Assembly: GCA_964035545.1 (NCBI GenBank)
Contig: OZ037767.1
Location: 16,985,781 to 17,049,780, forward strand
Length of the DNA: 64,000 bases
Direction of reading: 5' to 3'
DNA from: Bugula neritina
Lineage: Eukaryota > Animalia > Bryozoa
The position numbers and the translations under genes are program-made. A model generated the notes under the pieces. That model was not told the DNA's origin, made no database searches, and was given only the letters and a program-made list of their open reading frames with translations. Shown here piece by piece: positions 58,901 to 64,000 of this stretch; position 1 is the stretch's first letter, and each line of letters starts with the position of its first letter.

Positions 58901-61900
58901 CTTATGAGAAGTTTAGCAAATGATATTTTAGGAACATTTGGTTTAATGGCCGGTTGAAGTGGTTTAGCCACAAAGTCAAAGGAAGGAATTTTAAGCCAGT
59001 GAATAGCAGTGTAAAATGGTTTTATTGCATTCAAAAGTCTATCTTGAAAAAACTTTTGAGCCGTGTCTGCTCCCTGAGCCGTAGCGGTCACTATTGACAA
59101 GGAGGTCTCAGCATCGGGACTTACTCCAGTAGCAATATTAATAAGTTCAGTTGAATTATTGCTAAACAACTTAACATCAAACTGATGTAATGTAAAAAAA
59201 ATTGCTTGTATATCAATCTCATCCTTCATAGTTGTAATGATTGTCTTCCTTGTGTAGTGTTGATGACTGTGAGGTTATTTGGCAAAAATCCTTTTGCAAA
59301 GAGAGCAGTTGGGCTCTGATATGACTAGTTAAGAACCATTTTGTCCGAGCTTCTTCGTGGTTGCTAATGCCAATAATACCTCCAGATGTTTTACTGTCTC
59401 GGTTCAAAGTTTGCTGCAAGACCTGATCTGGAGCCATATCTGCAAATTTTTTTCCTGTCCTTTTTTTTACGGTGAATGAACCCTTTGCAAACATTCCATA
59501 AACTTCCGGAGCAGATTCAGGCAAATTTAGCATATCAATAAGGTATATAGGCAGCCACCTTGAGTAGTTTGTGCCATCATACGCAAAAAATACTGGTAGC
59601 ATTGCCTGCATACTGTCCAAATATAATTGCCAGTTGCCACTATGCTCAGCTCGAATAAATCCCAACATGGCTTCTACTGCATGAAGGTAAGAATTCCAGA
59701 ACATTGAAAGGTTAGATTTTAATTTAGTATCAGAATCAAACTTTTTTATAGCAGTAGCAACTTTATCTGCGACAGTGGTCCGTTCACGTAAGTTATCACC
59801 AATAGAAATATTATGATAATCTAATGGGTCAAACTGCTCATTTTCTTGAAGCCATTCCGAAAGAGATTTTAGTTTCTGCCTTGATATTGCCTCATACAAA
59901 ATCTTGTGTGCCCGTACACCTCTGTTATTATGCTTACCACATAGCACCTGTTTCACTGTAACTTCAGAATATATATCCCTGTGCACAAAAACTTGGGCGA
60001 AGCCGCTTGGTTTTACCATTTTGTCAAGTGCTGCCATGTAATTCATCAAGATATGAAAACCGCCCATTCGAATTATTGCGTTTGAAAATTCAGTTGGTTT
60101 GTTCCATTGAATCTCTTTGGCAATCTTGTAGATAGCTTGGTCAAATGTAATTATTGAATGTTTCTGATTTAAAACTTCCATAGTTTTCTTTAGCTGCAGA
60201 AGAATAGTATAAATTGTTGATGGACCTGTTGATGGTGCATTAATAATTGGGCAATACCCAATGACTGATCTTTTATTATCTTCTGTGGCAACCAAATTTC
60301 TTACATTAAAGCTACTCCAGCTGGGGCAGTTATGTGTAGAAGGATTTATATCCAATTGAAATAGTTTGATTGGGGCAAGTCTTGCCAATAGCCATGCTGT
60401 ATTTAGATTACATGAATCCTCAAGTGACTTTTTCATATTCAGTAATGTCTTTTGACTACGTTTTGTGATAAAATATGATTTTGAGAGCAATGCAGATGTG
60501 ATTTTAACAGCATGTAAATACAAAAAAGCAAGCTGCAAGAGTAAAGCATGCAAATGCAAGCGCCTGATGATGAAATGCTGTGGTTTATGTGAATGTTTCG
60601 ATTGCAACAACAAAAGTGGCCAGTCTTCTTTTTCAAACAAAGAGCCTGATTATGATGATGATGGCAACAAACACAGTTCTGATGAAGAATTATAATATAT
60701 TTAATTTGGTATATAAACGCTAGAGATAACAAAACTTTGTAATAAAGCTTGATCTATTGTAAATTAAAATTTAAATACCATCTTATTTATAAATAAATAA
60801 AATTAAAATGTCTACCAATATCTGATATAAAAGAGCATAGTAATTGCTTGTGATGCTGAAATCATAATATTACTTTTTTATGAGCCATATTTTATGTTAC
60901 TATACTTATGGATAAAAAATGGAATATTAGTGGTCTGTTAATTATTGCTGACACTCAATTTATACAGTAAATATTGAATATTAATAGTATTGATTGTAAT
61001 CAGTTATTCAAAATAAGTCAATAAGCTAATATAAATACACTAAGAATACATTTTTATCATGCTGATGTTGTTCCTATCAGCAAAGAGCAATATTATTGGG
61101 TAGAAATGCAATAATTTATAACGGAGGAGATAACTCCCGTTTTATGTTTTTTATTTGTTATGGTTGGGAAAGAAGTTATATAGTTCAGAATGTAATGAAA
61201 ACTGGGGAGCATTATTAGAACACAATAGAGTGTTTTCATACCAAAAATCAACATTCTAAATGCTAGAACAGAAAAGTAGCAGTTTAGAGAATATCCGGTA
61301 TATGCAAAAAAGTAGTTTGTCATATTATAGGCTCCGCCCACTTTTTTATTTTTGGTCAAAACTTTTGTTAGAGAAAGTTTCATATGTGTACAACATTCCT
61401 TGAAAATATTTTTAATGTCAAACTTAAACTACTCAGAAAATTAAATATTTAGAGTTCCATAGTCCCCCTTTGAAAAATGCTGAACCCCTGTATATCCACC
61501 CCTCTCACGAGAGAACCCCCCCCAGATACAAAAAAGGTACTCGCAGATCTGAGATCAGTAGAATGTTAGCTTTGCAGTGATATATAGCAACAAAGGTTAG
61601 TATTGATGTGCTCCACCCGCCCATTTTTGCATGTTGGCACCCCCACTAATAATACAATACGCACAAAGTACAAAATTGGTTTACCCAATAAAAATGCACC
61701 AAGGTGAACAATTTGACTTGCATTTTGCTGCATAACATAAACGAATTTATTAACCAAACTAACTGAAATTTCTGTTAACATTTGAGTCAATTGACCTCTA
61801 ATATGTTTGGCGGTTTGAGACTCTATGCCATTTCAAAGACGATACAGAAAATTTGCAGGGTTAAAGGTGAGTTACTGAAGCTTTAGAAATGAAACAGAGC

Positions 61901-63078
61901 AGAAAAAGCTTAGTTAAAGCAGAAGTACATATAATAGCAGAAGTACATATAATAGCAGAAGTACATATAATAGCAGAAGTATATATAATAGCAGACGGTG
62001 ACCCTGTAGGCAGTTGCCATAGCAACACAGGAAATGAACTTTTTAATATTCTATTACATATACAATGCATCAACCTACATGGTGACAAATTTCAAGTGTA
62101 TTTATGATTTAACTGTAGAGGTATATGGAATACAAGGCAGCCCAAATTAGTACAAACTGTTGATAGTTTCAAAAGTTGAGTCAGTAGAATTGCATCCAAA
62201 TAGCTGCTTTCTGCCAAGAAATTACTAAAGCATATATAGTGTAATAATTTAGTACAGAAGTTGAGCGCAAGTAGTATTAGTAAAAGAGTGTTTTGTGAAA
62301 AACTGAGTGTGAAATTACTTCGGTATAAAATAGGATTCAAGACTGACAACTCCAAACTAAACAACGTAGACATTTAGTTAATACTTTGAACGACACTAAG
62401 ATGTAGGGAATCGTAACTCCTGTACCTGCTACACTGAGAACGAAGCTGGTGGTGGCTGCAGACGTCCCAGCCTCATTTTCACCTTCACACGTGTAAACAC
62501 CATTGTGTGCAAGGGCAGACAACTTGTGTATCCTCAGCTTGTTGGGTTCCAGTATAGAGTATATATCCTCTAGTAAGAGTGTTATTCTATGAAAAAGGGA
62601 GATAACTCAAACAATTAGCAGTGAGAGTTGCCTTCTCAACAACTAGTGTACTTATCAGCATCAAGAAGTGAAAATATCGATTTTATTTTGTCTAGTTTTA
62701 AAATTAAAATTTTACAAATGCATTCCAGTAAAAGGACACATTTAATTAACAATGACTACTCTGCAATCTTAACAAGCTCTCTTCTACATTATATTCTATT
62801 CAACCACTTTAATGGTTGTTAAACAAATGTAATAATTTATTATTAATCTTTACTAGCTGTGGAAACACTGCATGTAGAAATAACTGTTTATATTGAGAAG
62901 ACAATTGCTAATGATTGATGAGACAAATTAAACTACACTCACGGTTGCTGATTGTGATACCAAGTAACCAGGGGTTGAGGCACGCCATCCACCCCACATT
63001 TCAGAGTTATTTCATCGCCAGATATTAACACACCATCTTTTGGTTTCCTTAGACTGACTTCAGTCTCTTCAGAAATCC
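49938..63078 (-). CDS. PTK7: PTK7 / off-track-like inactive receptor tyrosine kinase; 15 exons visible, 5' end outside the window
   Basis: Exons (-) 63078-62943, 62586-62426, 55572-55416, 55004-54874, 54699-54570, 54116-53944, 53826-53684, 53120-52982, 52782-52615, 52386-52094, 51859-51739, 51637-51446, 51304-50772, 50587-50483 and 50399-49938 splice in frame. They give six Ig domains, a TM helix (TIVIAVSASVAYLILVIVLIAYC) and a kinase with HKDLASRN and SLG in place of DFG, as in PTK7 (HKDLAARN/ALG). Confidence 0.93.
52797..52986 (-). repeat. 20-bp minisatellite made of the exon/intron junction (CCACA|GTAAGTGTCAG...)
   Basis: Nine units fill intron 52783-52981; eight carry GTAAGT on the minus strand. 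Confidence 0.93.
53151..53670. repeat. 20-bp minisatellite (ATATCATATCATTATATAGT) filling a PTK7 intron
   Basis: 26 units, with one half-unit inverted at 53491-53500. Confidence 0.96.
54153..54540. repeat. 20-bp minisatellite (CTGACAGCACCTGACATACT) filling a PTK7 intron
   Basis: About 19 units within intron 54117-54569. Confidence 0.96.
55010..55430 (-). repeat. 31/24-bp minisatellite spanning the exon/intron junction and forming a whole PTK7 intron
   Basis: About 14 copies of TACAGTAATACCAG|GTAATATACTTCTAGTA on the minus strand, from the exon end at 55416 to the acceptor at 55005. Confidence 0.94.
56487..61648 (-). mobile_element. Academ-type (AcademX-like) DNA transposon, rearranged foldback derivative, inside a PTK7 intron
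   Basis: Termini 5'-TAGTGGGGG...CCCCCACTA-3' with a 3-bp TSD ATA (56484-56486 / 61649-61651). Inverted arms at 56487-57666 and 60468-61648. Internal ORFs show a transposase-like region, an XPG/PIN-like nuclease and a Cys-rich C-terminus, the architecture of AcademX. Confidence 0.85.
57439..60467 (-). pseudogene. Disrupted, 5'-truncated Academ transposase / XPG-like nuclease / Cys-rich finger gene
   Basis: Fragments at 60467-59219 (TFDQAIY, RMGGFH, NRGVRAHK, GNWQL, NYSRWLP, DQVLQQTLNR), 59229-58426 (IIDGM, VDVVFDVY, SIKTQERIRR), about 58240-57990 (SVDTDV, HALTGWD) and 57987-57439 (LPPS...HVKRANYQ, CKSKACKCKRLMMKCCGLCECFDCNN). Frameshifts or stops separate them. Confidence 0.85.
61917..61993. 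repeat. 18-bp tandem repeat (AGCAGAAGTACATATAAT)
   Basis: About 4 copies. Confidence 0.9.
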
Positions 63079-63129
63079 CTGCAACAAAAGGGGGGCAGAC
63101 TTGGCTATTGTGTTATCAGGTAACACTAT

Positions 63130-63286
63130 CACTGCGTTTCCATGACTGCGCATAATGCGAATGAATGCTTCGTACGGATTATTTGTGGTTTGCATTACCT
63201 TATAGTTGCGGTTTCATCCGATGTAACTGTTTCCATTAGCTGAATGAAAAAATCCATTCGCATAATGCGATAATGGAAACGCAGTG
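63130..63286. mobile_element. 157-bp MITE with 14-bp perfect TIRs and a putative 3-bp TSD (TAT)
   Basis: CACTGCGTTTCCAT (63130-63143) and ATGGAAACGCAGTG (63273-63286), inner imperfect IR around CGCATAATGCG, with TAT on both flanks. Confidence 0.75.
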
Positions 63287-64000
63287 TATAAAACACGAAA
63301 AGGAATTTAAAACAAATAATCTGTCAAAAATAGAAATTTTGGCCAGCATGAAATTTTAAAATAGTGTTCCATTTGTACACTTGAAACTAAGTTAGGAACA
63401 ATTCTGGTAATAGTAAAAGATACATCTAAAGTAGATATGTAGCTTGCCGGCCTATAATTATAAACATTCTCAACCTGCAGTTAAGTTTATAAATTTGAAT
63501 TGAAAAGCTTTAATTCAACTAAACATTATTGTCACAGCATTACCAACTTTAGAGTGAGGAACCCTTGCCTAGTAATTAGTACATTCTAGCTGTGTTATTA
63601 TTTCTGCAGAGCCTTAACAACATTATACAGCATTAAGATACTTCAAATTGTTATCATGTGACAATTCAGTACTCCATGGTTTCTGTATTATTAGTGGTTT
63701 AGCTGTTTGAATTTTTGATGAGAAGATGCTTTGAAAGAGAAGATGCTTCGAGATGAAGCAGTGAGAAGTGACTCACAGTTCAAAGATATAGACTTCTAAA
63801 GCTTTTTATGTGGTAACGTAACTTGACTACCAATTAGCATGAAGAGATCATTGCTCTTCTGAATATACAGTATTTCAGACAAAGGAAATTATAGGAGAGA
63901 CTGAAGGGGCGTGGCCTCTTTTACAACCAGAAATAAGTTGACTTTTAACTGCTTTTGTAGGCTTGCATCGATCTTTACTTTATTACTGATTCCATTTGAG

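Noticed and set aside
60468-60640. N-terminal 58 aa of the 473-aa ORF as a genuine chimeric transposase extension
   Set aside because: It is the antisense reading of the inverted Cys-finger copy, begins at TTG, and the downstream gene is frameshifted.

Overview
AT-rich, intron-containing animal (invertebrate-like, species not assignable) genomic DNA. By manual splicing it holds five protein-coding genes. (1) The 3' part of an orphan Ser-rich gene with a basic KGPxx-repeat tail (+, 1903-7260), in which every visible intron is phase 2. (2) A complete PP2A B56/PPP2R5 regulatory subunit (+, 25747-32684). (3) A predicted secreted protein with three Cys-rich helical domains (-, 33607-41315). (4) An inositol-trisphosphate 3-kinase (-, 41974-46924) with a U12-type intron. 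(5) A 5'-truncated PTK7/off-track pseudokinase receptor (-, 49938->63078). A decayed Academ-type DNA transposon (56487-61648) sits in a PTK7 intron, with its 5' end replaced by an inverted 1.18-kb copy of its 3' end. Three things stand out. First, many introns are filled by private minisatellites anchored at splice junctions, and several repeat the 5' splice site itself, e.g. 21 in-frame CAG|GTGAGT copies in PPP2R5. Second, a ~10-kb array (7.7-17.5 kb) of about 20 homologous exon+intron cassettes keeps canonical splice sites but has no long ORF, suggesting a repeat-exon lncRNA or smORF array. Third, the foldback Academ element would make long dsRNA in the PTK7 pre-mRNA. All exon models are hand-derived and unverified by transcript data.
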